A stretch of DNA of 47,498 bases from a virus. Its lineage: Duplodnaviria; Caudoviricetes. Shown piece by piece: positions 8,933 through 16,130 of this stretch (positions are counted from its first letter, which is position 1; each line of letters opens with the position of its first letter). Under the pieces are notes generated by a model, which was given only the letters and a program-made list of their open reading frames with translations, was not told where the DNA came from and did no database searches. The DNA lies in the IMG/VR virus record IMGVR_UViG_3300037349_000242, positions 1 through 47,498 of that record. One strand, written 5' to 3'. The position numbers were made by a program, and so were the translations under genes.

Positions 8933-9475
8933 ATGCGACCATCGCCCGATCTGGTTAGGAGCAGAATAGAGTACGAGCCGGAAACCGGCACGCTTCGATG
9001 GTGCCTGCGCCCCGGAACGTACAGGACGACGCTGGCGTGGAATAAGCAGTGGGCCGGGAAACCGGTCTCTCTGCGGATTACGTGCTCATCGTCTTTTCGC
9101 GGATCGAAACAGTATGCGTTGATCCGTCTGCTCGGGAAATTTTACGGTGCTCATCGCATCGTGTGGGTCTGCTGTTACGGCAAATGGCCCACACATGAGA
9201 TTGATCATCGCAATAACAATCCTCTCGATAACCGGATTGAGAATCTGCGCGAAGCCACACACGCTGAGAACCAGCGGAACAAACCGCCAATGTCCAATAA
9301 TCGTTTGGGCGTGAAGGGTGTTTGTTACGACCCGAAGCGGAAGCGGTACAGAGCACAGATTAAAGTGGACGGAAAAGTAAGGCAGATCGGTCGATTTAAA
9401 ACATTGGCTGAGGCGGACGCCGCGTATCGCGCCGCTGCAACTATCGCCCACGGCGAGTTCTTCTACTCACCCTAA
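8933..9475 (+). CDS. HNH endonuclease with C-terminal AP2-like DNA-binding domain
   Basis: YEPETG, AHRIVW, IDHRNNNPLDNRIENLREAT, GVKGV...YRAQI...IGRF...A..AY...HGEF. Confidence 0.92.
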   Translation: MRPSPDLVRSRIEYEPETGTLRWCLRPGTYRTTLAWNKQWAGKPVSLRITCSSSFRGSKQYALIRLLGKFYGAHRIVWVCCYGKWPTHEIDHRNNNPLDNRIENLREATHAENQRNKPPMSNNRLGVKGVCYDPKRKRYRAQIKVDGKVRQIGRFKTLAEADAAYRAAATIAHGEFFYSP

Positions 9476-9484
9476 AAACAACCC

Positions 9485-9550
9485 GCCCCGCAGCAACGGG
9501 GCTTCAGCGCGATTTCCCGAACGGCGCAGACGCGCCCAGAGGAGAAATCG
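9485..9550 (+). promoter_or_regulatory. Structured 5' leader of the major capsid gene
   Basis: Hairpin GCCCCG-CAGCAA-CGGGGC; CGATTTC (9510-9516) pairs with GAAATCG (9544-9550) next to the AGGAG RBS; inner GGCGC/GCGCC hairpin. Confidence 0.45.
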
Positions 9551-9552
9551 AA

Positions 9553-10590
9553 ATGGCGTTTCTCACACTCGCCGACATCGGGCGCATGACCGATCCGGAC
9601 GGCAAAATCGCCGACATGGCGGAACTGCTGTCGCAGTGCAACGAAATGGTCGACGACATGCCGATGGTGGAGGCCAATGGTCTCACCACGCACGTCACCA
9701 CGGTGCGGACCGCGCTGCCAAAAGGCAGTTACATCCGTTACTACCAGGGCACGCCGTACACCAAGTCCAACGCGGCCCAGCTCGAGTTCGGCATGTCGCT
9801 GCTGCGGGATTATTCGCAGGTCGACAAGGAACTCTGCAAGCTCGGCGGTCAGGAAAGCGTCCGCCGCGAGAAGGAAGACGTGGCCCACATGGAGGGCCTG
9901 TCCCAGCAGCAGGCCACCACGCTGGTGTACGGGAATTCCTGGACCACGCCGGAGCAGTTCACCGGCTGGGCGCCGTTCTACAACACCGTCTCGACCGCGA
10001 CCGCGCAGAACGCCGTCAACGTGTTCGACTGCGGCGGCACGGGGAGTTCCAACGCTTCGCTCTGGTTCATCGGCTGGGGCGAATCCACCGCCTACGGCAT
10101 CTACCCGAAGGGCTCCAAAGGCGGGCTGGTGTTCGAAGACAAGGGCGACGTCGTGCCCGGCTTCGATTCCTCGCAGAACCGCTTCGAAGCTTTCACGTCG
10201 ATGTTCCAGTGGCAGCTTGGTCTCGTTGTCGAAGACTGGCGCTATGTCGTGCGCATGTGCAATATCGACACCACGACCGCGGGCCTGCTGGGTCCGACGC
10301 CTCCGGACCTGTTCGCGATCATGTCGCGCGCCATCGTCCGGCTTCCGACCGCCGGACGCACCGTCTCGGGCATCACCAAGACCGATGCGCCGGACAAAAT
10401 GTCCCCGTCGATCCGCCTCAAAATCTACGTCGACCGCACCGTGCGCGCGGCGATGGACGTGCAGGCCATTCGTGACCGCAACGTCCTTCTGAGCCCGACG
10501 GATTACGCGGGGCGCCCGATCGTCAACTGGCGCAACATTCCTGTGGGGGTCCAAGATTCCATGTTGAATACGGAAAGTCGTGTCGTATAA
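9553..10590 (+). CDS. Major capsid protein (epsilon15 gp7 / BPP-1 Bbp17 type)
   Basis: TLAD...DPDGKI...ELLSQ.NE..DDMP..EAN...H.TTVRT.LP, SQVDK.L, DWRYVVR.CNID and NTESRVV motifs; AGGAG RBS. Confidence 0.93.
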   Translation: MAFLTLADIGRMTDPDGKIADMAELLSQCNEMVDDMPMVEANGLTTHVTTVRTALPKGSYIRYYQGTPYTKSNAAQLEFGMSLLRDYSQVDKELCKLGGQESVRREKEDVAHMEGLSQQQATTLVYGNSWTTPEQFTGWAPFYNTVSTATAQNAVNVFDCGGTGSSNASLWFIGWGESTAYGIYPKGSKGGLVFEDKGDVVPGFDSSQNRFEAFTSMFQWQLGLVVEDWRYVVRMCNIDTTTAGLLGPTPPDLFAIMSRAIVRLPTAGRTVSGITKTDAPDKMSPSIRLKIYVDRTVRAAMDVQAIRDRNVLLSPTDYAGRPIVNWRNIPVGVQDSMLNTESRVV

Positions 10591-10656
10591 ACGACTTAGC
10601 TGATTTGGTATGTTACGCCAAATATGGTATGGTTCTCTCCCAAACAGGAGAGTTCC

Positions 10657-11448
10657 ATGCCACAGACGACGGCGCGAAGCAGACGGCGGGCAGAAAAAGC
10701 ACTAGCTGAAGGACGGACTCCGGGAAGACCCGGTCCCGCACCAAAATATACCGAGGAAGAGCGTAAGGCGGTTCTGGCGGCGCGCGACCGGGCATACCGG
10801 GAAAAGCATGGCGAAGAACTCAGAGCCAAACGCAAAGCCTCATATGACCATCGACATGCCGCGGCTGTCACTGAGCCCAAGAAACACGGTCGTCCGCTTA
10901 AATATCGGACTCCAGAAGAGCTAAGAGACGCTGAGCGTGCAAAGACGGAACGTTATCGTCACCGCAACGCTGAGAAATGCCGGCAGATCACGCGTGCAGC
11001 CAGCAAAAAGCGAAAGGCCGACAGAGCGATAGCCGAAGGACGTACTCCCGGTCTCGTTGGGAATCCGAAGCGTTTTGCTACCGAAGAAGAGAGGGTTGTC
11101 GCCAAGAAGGCTAAACTGCTTCGATATTACGAGCGCAAAGGTCAACAGGGCGTCCGCCTCATGTGGATAGCTCTTCGAAACCGGCGGCGCGCTCGGATTA
11201 AAGAAGCCGGCGGGGATCACAGTGCTGCCGACATCGCCTATCTCTTTGAGCTTCAAAAAGGCAAATGTGTTCTCTGCCTCAAGCCTCTGATCAAAACCAA
11301 ATTTCACGTCGATCATCACGTTCCGCTTGTTAAGGGCGGGACGAACGACCGCAGCAATCTGCGGCTGCTCCACAGCAAATGTAATTTATCCAAAGGCGCT
11401 CGCGATCCAGCAGAGCATGCGCTGCGGTCTGGACTTCTCTGCTGGTAA
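10657..11448 (+). CDS. HNH endonuclease with repeated basic N-terminal domain
   Basis: RNRRRAR, QKGKCVLC, FHVDHHVPLVKGGTNDRSNLRLLHSKCNLSKG; AGGAG RBS; TTGGTA-N17-TATGGT upstream. Confidence 0.9.
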   Translation: MPQTTARSRRRAEKALAEGRTPGRPGPAPKYTEEERKAVLAARDRAYREKHGEELRAKRKASYDHRHAAAVTEPKKHGRPLKYRTPEELRDAERAKTERYRHRNAEKCRQITRAASKKRKADRAIAEGRTPGLVGNPKRFATEEERVVAKKAKLLRYYERKGQQGVRLMWIALRNRRRARIKEAGGDHSAADIAYLFELQKGKCVLCLKPLIKTKFHVDHHVPLVKGGTNDRSNLRLLHSKCNLSKGARDPAEHALRSGLLCW

Positions 11449-11463
11449 ACACGGAGACCTCTC

Positions 11464-12009
11464 ATGGCACTCGAAGACCAGAATCTGGTGCTGGGCAGCG
11501 CGCAGGCCGTTACGGCGTCTGCTCCCACCACCAACACCTACGACATCCTCCAGGGCCTTCCCCTGAATTCGTCCTCGGGGACCTACACGGTTCCCCCGAG
11601 CTATATCATCGGCAACGCGACCTACTTCGGCGAAGACCTCGGCCACGGCCGCGGCGTCGGCACGCCGGCGTTCGAGTTCTTCTCGGGCACCGGCACGCCC
11701 GGCGGTGCGACTTCGCTGCAGATCGCGGTGCAGGGCGCACCCGACAACGGCGGCGGCACGATCTCGGGTCTGACGTTCACGGCGTACATCGAGACCGGGG
11801 CAATTCTGCTGGCGTCGATCCTCGCATCGATCCGGCTGGCGTCGATGGACTGGCCGCGAAGGCAGGTCAATCTCGGTCTGCCGCGGTTCGTGCAGGGCTA
11901 CTTCAACGTGGTCGGCTCGAACTTCAGCGGCCTGACGATTTCGTCCTACATCAATCTCGGCGGCAGTTCGTCGCAGAACACGCTGGGCCTCTATCCGTCG
12001 AATTACTGA
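11464..12009 (+). CDS. Capsid cement/decoration protein (Bbp16-like)
   Basis: AQAVTASA.TTN.YD, DLG.G, SLQIAVQ...DN, PRFVQGYFNV and YP.. motifs; follows the capsid gene. Confidence 0.8.
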   Translation: MALEDQNLVLGSAQAVTASAPTTNTYDILQGLPLNSSSGTYTVPPSYIIGNATYFGEDLGHGRGVGTPAFEFFSGTGTPGGATSLQIAVQGAPDNGGGTISGLTFTAYIETGAILLASILASIRLASMDWPRRQVNLGLPRFVQGYFNVVGSNFSGLTISSYINLGGSSSQNTLGLYPSNY

Positions 12010-12038
12010 GCCTCCTGAGCGCCTGACCAGCGCCACCT

Positions 12039-12066
12039 GCGCGGGGTGCAATGCCCCGCGCTTTTT
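12039..12066 (+). terminator. Intrinsic terminator after the cement gene
   Basis: GCGCGGGG-TGCAATG-CCCCGCGC followed by TTTTT. Confidence 0.75.
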
Positions 12067-12104
12067 CCCTTTCACCTCTTTCCTTTTCACCTGGAGTGTT
12101 TCCG

Positions 12105-12785
12105 ATGAACGACAAAGCCAAATCTCCGACGCTCGAAGCATCGGCCGATGGCGACGAAGCGCTGCTGGCGCAGTACGGCTTCACCGACATTCCCGTCGTG
12201 TTCTCGATGCGCGACGGCAACAGCATCATTCAGGAACGCGAGCCCTGCTACCGCTGCGCCGCCGACGGCTTCTACGGCAAAGGCACCTCCGGCACCTGGT
12301 ACGCCGAAGGCGACATCATCGTGATGGATTCCACGCCGAACCAGCACACCGAACCGCTCAACCGCGCGGCTGCATTGCGCTGGGTGAAGTGGGCCGCGAG
12401 CCTTCCCAACAACCGCGTCGCCTTTGACATCGGCGACATGGCGGAAGCCTCCCAGATCCTCGCGAAGAATCCGAAGGTGCAGGAACTTGATCCGGTGTCC
12501 TACCAGACCACGCTGATCAAGCTGTGCGAGGAACTGAAAATCCGCCGCGACGGCAAGGACGCGCGTTCGCTTCCGGGCATCGCGCACAACTTCGGTCCGC
12601 AGTCCGGCGCTCCCGGAACCGCACCGATCCTCGGCGCCAAAGTGGCGCAGATGGCGGAACGCGGGCCGGGTGCGCTGCATGCCGGAGCGGGTCCCGCCAA
12701 TCAGTCTCGAGGCGGCGTGCGTCGGGCTTCCGGTGGCGCTCCGCTTGCCGGTTCGACGCTCGGCGGTGTGCCGCCGACGCCGTGA
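12105..12785 (+). CDS. Hypothetical protein
   Basis: GGAG RBS; strong codon bias like the other late genes. Confidence 0.75.
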   Translation: MNDKAKSPTLEASADGDEALLAQYGFTDIPVVFSMRDGNSIIQEREPCYRCAADGFYGKGTSGTWYAEGDIIVMDSTPNQHTEPLNRAAALRWVKWAASLPNNRVAFDIGDMAEASQILAKNPKVQELDPVSYQTTLIKLCEELKIRRDGKDARSLPGIAHNFGPQSGAPGTAPILGAKVAQMAERGPGALHAGAGPANQSRGGVRRASGGAPLAGSTLGGVPPTP

Positions 12786-12826
12786 GTTAAAGCGTCCCCC
12801 GAACCATCCAACAAGGAACTCTCCTC

Positions 12827-13177
12827 ATGGCCGCACAGAACCCTGCGGGTCCTACCGCCTATCCCGTTCCCGAGGCTCTGCCTGACGGTTCGGGACTGGT
12901 CTCGACCGAAGACGGTACGCCTGTTCTTGGTCCCGTACTGCAGGCGACCGGCACGACCGTACCGAACGTTATTGCCGGCAATACCAACCAGGGCGTACCC
13001 GGCGGCTCCGGCGTGCCTCCGCTCAATGCGATCCTCATCGAACTGCGTGTGTTGAATAACCTGCTGGCCTGGCAGATGGGCGCGGAAGCCCCCGATCTGG
13101 ATGCGATGCGGTCCAGCGAAGCCTTCGACATCAGCCTCGCGACCGGCGTCCTCAACGGGACGGTCATTCCTTCGTAG
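12827..13177 (+). CDS. Hypothetical protein
   Basis: AAGGA RBS; ILIELRVLNNLL helix. Confidence 0.7.
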   Translation: MAAQNPAGPTAYPVPEALPDGSGLVSTEDGTPVLGPVLQATGTTVPNVIAGNTNQGVPGGSGVPPLNAILIELRVLNNLLAWQMGAEAPDLDAMRSSEAFDISLATGVLNGTVIPS

Positions 13178-13232
13178 CCCATCGGCGTAACCAGTCCTCA
13201 ACCCCTCCCTCATTCCGAAAAGGAAAACTCAC

Positions 13233-13847
13233 ATGGCCTTGTTCCAGGGTGTCGTCCAGCCTCCGTCAAACACCTCCAACACCGACGGCAACAACCCCGT
13301 CGCGCTGCAGGGCAAAGCGGCCGAACTGATCGTCGCCGAACTGCACGGCAAGTGGTACACCGCCGCTTACCGCGGCCGTCTGTTCTTCGGCATGTCGCTG
13401 ATCGCCGGCGTCACCATCCCGGTCAACACCACGACCTCGCCGACCTTTACGCTGTTCAACCCGCTCGGGTCCGGCGTCAACGTCGAAGTTGCGACGCTGG
13501 ACATCGGCTGGCCGGCGGCTGCCACCACCGTGGTTGCGACCATCCTCGGTTCGGTGTCGACCCAGACCCCGACCTCGGTCACCTCCGGCGGTTCGACCGT
13601 TGCTTCCCCGATCGGCGGCGGCGGCGTGGCGCAGGCCAAACTCTACACCGCGGCGACCATCACCGCGATCACCACCCACATTCCGCTGATACAGGTCATC
13701 TCGACCGCCGACAGCATGGTCTCGTCGCATTACGAGTTCGACGGCCGCGTCGTGCTTGCGCCCGGCGGTCTGATCACGCTGACTTCGACCCCGGTGCAGA
13801 CCGGTGTCGCCATCCCGTGCTTCGCATGGGCCGAGTGGCCGGTCTGA
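13233..13847 (+). CDS. Putative beta-rich virion or decoration protein
   Basis: AAGGA RBS; very strong codon bias; Thr/Val/Gly-rich; followed by a hairpin. Confidence 0.7.
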   Translation: MALFQGVVQPPSNTSNTDGNNPVALQGKAAELIVAELHGKWYTAAYRGRLFFGMSLIAGVTIPVNTTTSPTFTLFNPLGSGVNVEVATLDIGWPAAATTVVATILGSVSTQTPTSVTSGGSTVASPIGGGGVAQAKLYTAATITAITTHIPLIQVISTADSMVSSHYEFDGRVVLAPGGLITLTSTPVQTGVAIPCFAWAEWPV

Positions 13848-13868
13848 TCTGGAATGCAGGGACTTTAG

Positions 13869-13895
13869 CGGGGGCGCGAATGCCCCCGTTGTTTT
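13869..13895 (+). terminator. Possible weak terminator
   Basis: CGGGGGCG-CGAA-TGCCCCCG followed by TTGTTTT. Confidence 0.5.
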
Positions 13896-13907
13896 CCGGA
13901 GATCATC

Positions 13908-14270
13908 ATGCGTCCCCAGTCTGAAATCATCGCGGATCTGATCACGGTCGCCGACGCCATGGGCGCACCGGTTGATTCAATGATGCGCATGACGCTCGCG
14001 CACGGCCAGCCGCACGGCGGCGGCGTGCCGGCGTTCCTCGCGCATTTCGGGAAGTTTTACGACGAAGCGGTGGCGCGCTGCGGCCCGGTTGCGGCTGCAA
14101 TGGATCAAATGGTGCCGGACTTCGTGAAGTGGCTGCAGGCCACCGGCTTCGGCGACGACAAATACATGGCGGTGACGCTGCTCAACATCGCCGACAAACT
14201 CTCGCGATACAGCAAGCCGGCCGATGCGCGCCGCCGCCCGGCCGGCATCCGTGCCCCGAAATTCCATTAA
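13908..14270 (+). CDS. Hypothetical protein with a scaffold-like helical motif (paralog of 6784-7170)
   Basis: GGAG RBS; FVKWLQATGFGDDKYMAVTLLNIADKL. Confidence 0.7.
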   Translation: MRPQSEIIADLITVADAMGAPVDSMMRMTLAHGQPHGGGVPAFLAHFGKFYDEAVARCGPVAAAMDQMVPDFVKWLQATGFGDDKYMAVTLLNIADKLSRYSKPADARRRPAGIRAPKFH

Positions 14271-14283
14271 GGACACCGCGATC

Positions 14284-14778
14284 ATGAAACGCATCTGGAT
14301 CAGCCTGGCGGGCGCCGCTGCGATTATCGCTGCGTTGTTCGGGGGGCAGAATGTCCTCCGCAGCCAGAACAACGGTCAGGTGCTGACAACGCTGCTCGGC
14401 AGCGAACTGGTTTCAGTCATTTCGTCGGTCAACAACACGGCGAGTTTCGCCTATACCACCACGGCGAACCTGCGCGACGGCCGCGATTACGTTTACGCGA
14501 CGCCGCTCACCGGCAACACCATCACCATGACGGTCGGGCAGTCGGCGCTGATCGTCAATCCGGCGGGTTCGCTCAGCACACTTAATGTCGTGCTGCCGCC
14601 CACCACATTCGACGGCAAGTTCGCGTCGGTCTTCACCACCCAGGCGATCTCGACGCTGAATCTCTCGACCAGCAACAGCGCGACGTTCACGCCGACGTCC
14701 GTTACCACGCTCGCGCAGAATGCGACCGTGACTTATATCTATAATCTCGCCGGCAATGTCTGGTACCGGATGCAATAA
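14284..14778 (+). CDS. Signal-peptide-bearing beta-rich protein, resembling a fibre-tip or decoration domain
   Basis: Starts MKRIWISLAGAAAIIAALFG; LIVNPAGSLSTLNVVLP...DG...YIY....WYR. Confidence 0.75.
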   Translation: MKRIWISLAGAAAIIAALFGGQNVLRSQNNGQVLTTLLGSELVSVISSVNNTASFAYTTTANLRDGRDYVYATPLTGNTITMTVGQSALIVNPAGSLSTLNVVLPPTTFDGKFASVFTTQAISTLNLSTSNSATFTPTSVTTLAQNATVTYIYNLAGNVWYRMQ

Positions 14779-14780
14779 AG

Positions 14781-14963
14781 ATGCCCCCGGTGTCCGAAGC
14801 GCAGCGGCGATGGGCGTGGAGCAACCGGGACAAGCCCGGCAAGGAAGGCAAGGCTGCGGCTGAATTTGCCGCGGCCGATCCCGGCGGCAAACTTCCGGCC
14901 ACTGTCAAAGACGGCAAGCCCAAAAAATCCCGCGGCGAGAAGTGGTACGGCAGGAAAGCTTGA
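14781..14963 (+). CDS. Small basic protein (MPxxSxAQRR type) with C-terminal WYG motif
   Basis: MPPVSEAQRR...AAEFAAAD...KLP; ends KSRGEKWYGRKA. Confidence 0.75.
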   Translation: MPPVSEAQRRWAWSNRDKPGKEGKAAAEFAAADPGGKLPATVKDGKPKKSRGEKWYGRKA

Positions 14964-14967
14964 GCCC

Positions 14968-15186
14968 ATGGCGAAGCGCAAGTGGATCGCGGGCGCGACA
15001 GCAAACGCACACGGACAGTTCCGCGCCAAAGCGGAGAAGGCCGGCGAGTCCACCAAAGAATTCGCAAAGCAGCACGCCGGCGACAGCGGCAAAACCGGCA
15101 AGCAGGCCCGGCTCGCTGAGACGCTGATGGGAATGAACCACAGGAAGAAGTCGCGTTCCGAATCCTGGTACGGCAAAAAGGACTGA
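14968..15186 (+). CDS. Small basic protein with C-terminal WYG motif
   Basis: KWIAGA...GKQARLAETL; ends KSRSESWYGKKD. Confidence 0.75.
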   Translation: MAKRKWIAGATANAHGQFRAKAEKAGESTKEFAKQHAGDSGKTGKQARLAETLMGMNHRKKSRSESWYGKKD

Positions 15187-15191
15187 TCGTC

Positions 15192-15509
15192 ATGGCTAAG
15201 GAAAAACGCGACTGGTACGGCAAGAAGGGCAAAGAGGGCGGCGAAAAGTCCGGCCCGGAATCGATGCACGAGCGCCATACGCGCGAGCGCGGCGAAACCC
15301 ATGACCGCCATGCCAAGGCGCGCGACGATCTCCAGAAGCAGCACGAAGAAGAACTCGCGCAGATGGCCGAACGGCAGTCGAGCGAAATGGCCGCCGCGCC
15401 TCCGGGTGGTGGCGCCGCCGGAAACGAACCCGCAGCCGGCGCGATGAATGTCGCGGGCGCGGGCGCTGCGGCGGGCACGCCGCCGGCCGTTGCCGGCCCG
15501 AACGGCTGA
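15192..15509 (+). CDS. Small charged, His-rich protein with N-terminal WYG motif
   Basis: Starts MAKEKRDWYGKKG; MHERH..ER...HDRH helical segment. Confidence 0.75.
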   Translation: MAKEKRDWYGKKGKEGGEKSGPESMHERHTRERGETHDRHAKARDDLQKQHEEELAQMAERQSSEMAAAPPGGGAAGNEPAAGAMNVAGAGAAAGTPPAVAGPNG

Positions 15510-15525
15510 TCGCGGAGCGATGACA

Positions 15526-15954
15526 ATGCGCAGGCTTTTTGCCGCAGCGTTCGCATGTGTGCTTGCGCTGTACGGTCCCGCGCTGGCAGCGCCCGGCATT
15601 GCGATCAACCCGGATCTTCTGACCGCGTGCAACCAGGCGCAGATTTACGACGCGTCGACGTCCGGTTCGACCAGACTGGTCGTCGGGGCAGCGAACACGC
15701 AGATTTATGTCTGCGGTTTTAATTTCTGGTCCAACGGCACTGCGAACGTCGGACTGGTCTACGGCACCGGAGGCACCTGCGGGTCCGGCACGACCGAAGT
15801 CACGCCGGCATTCCATCTCACCGCGCAGAGCGGCAACGTCGATCATATCTCGGTTTATGGCGGCCTTCCGCCGGTGCCATCATCCAATGATCTTTGCCTG
15901 AATGTCAGCGCCGGCGTCGCCGTTCAGGCGATCGTCTACTACACGCAATTCTGA
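15526..15954 (+). CDS. Secreted beta-sandwich-like protein with 4 Cys
   Basis: GGAG RBS; signal MRRLFAAAFACVLALYGPALA|A; paralogous to the C-terminus of 16131-17024. Confidence 0.8.
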   Translation: MRRLFAAAFACVLALYGPALAAPGIAINPDLLTACNQAQIYDASTSGSTRLVVGAANTQIYVCGFNFWSNGTANVGLVYGTGGTCGSGTTEVTPAFHLTAQSGNVDHISVYGGLPPVPSSNDLCLNVSAGVAVQAIVYYTQF

Positions 15955-16130
15955 TGCGCGCCGCACTGCTCGCTGTTCTCATCGTCGTTGTTGCCGCAGC
16001 AACCGCGCAGGCCGCGCAGGTATGGCTGTGGAGCAATAACGGCCACGCCTACGGCAACAGCGGCGGCGGCTGCACTGGCGCGCTTGATCTTTCGCAGGGC
16101 TGCCCTATGCCCATGCTCGGAGGCGGTTAG
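15954..16130 (+). CDS. Secreted micro-protein with a C-x9-C loop
   Basis: TGATG coupling; signal MRAALLAVLIVVVAAATAQA|A; contains CTGALDLSQGC. Confidence 0.7.
   Translation: MRAALLAVLIVVVAAATAQAAQVWLWSNNGHAYGNSGGGCTGALDLSQGCPMPMLGGG

Noticed and set aside
1898-10533. Capsid-segment duplication as a DGR template/variable repeat pair (BPP-1 carries a DGR)
   Set aside because: Differences are mostly synonymous and not confined to adenines, and there is no reverse transcriptase in the window.
2876-11463. HNH genes as parts of group I introns or inteins
   Set aside because: The flanking genes appear intact and the intergenic gaps are too short for an intron core, so the HNH genes are free-standing.
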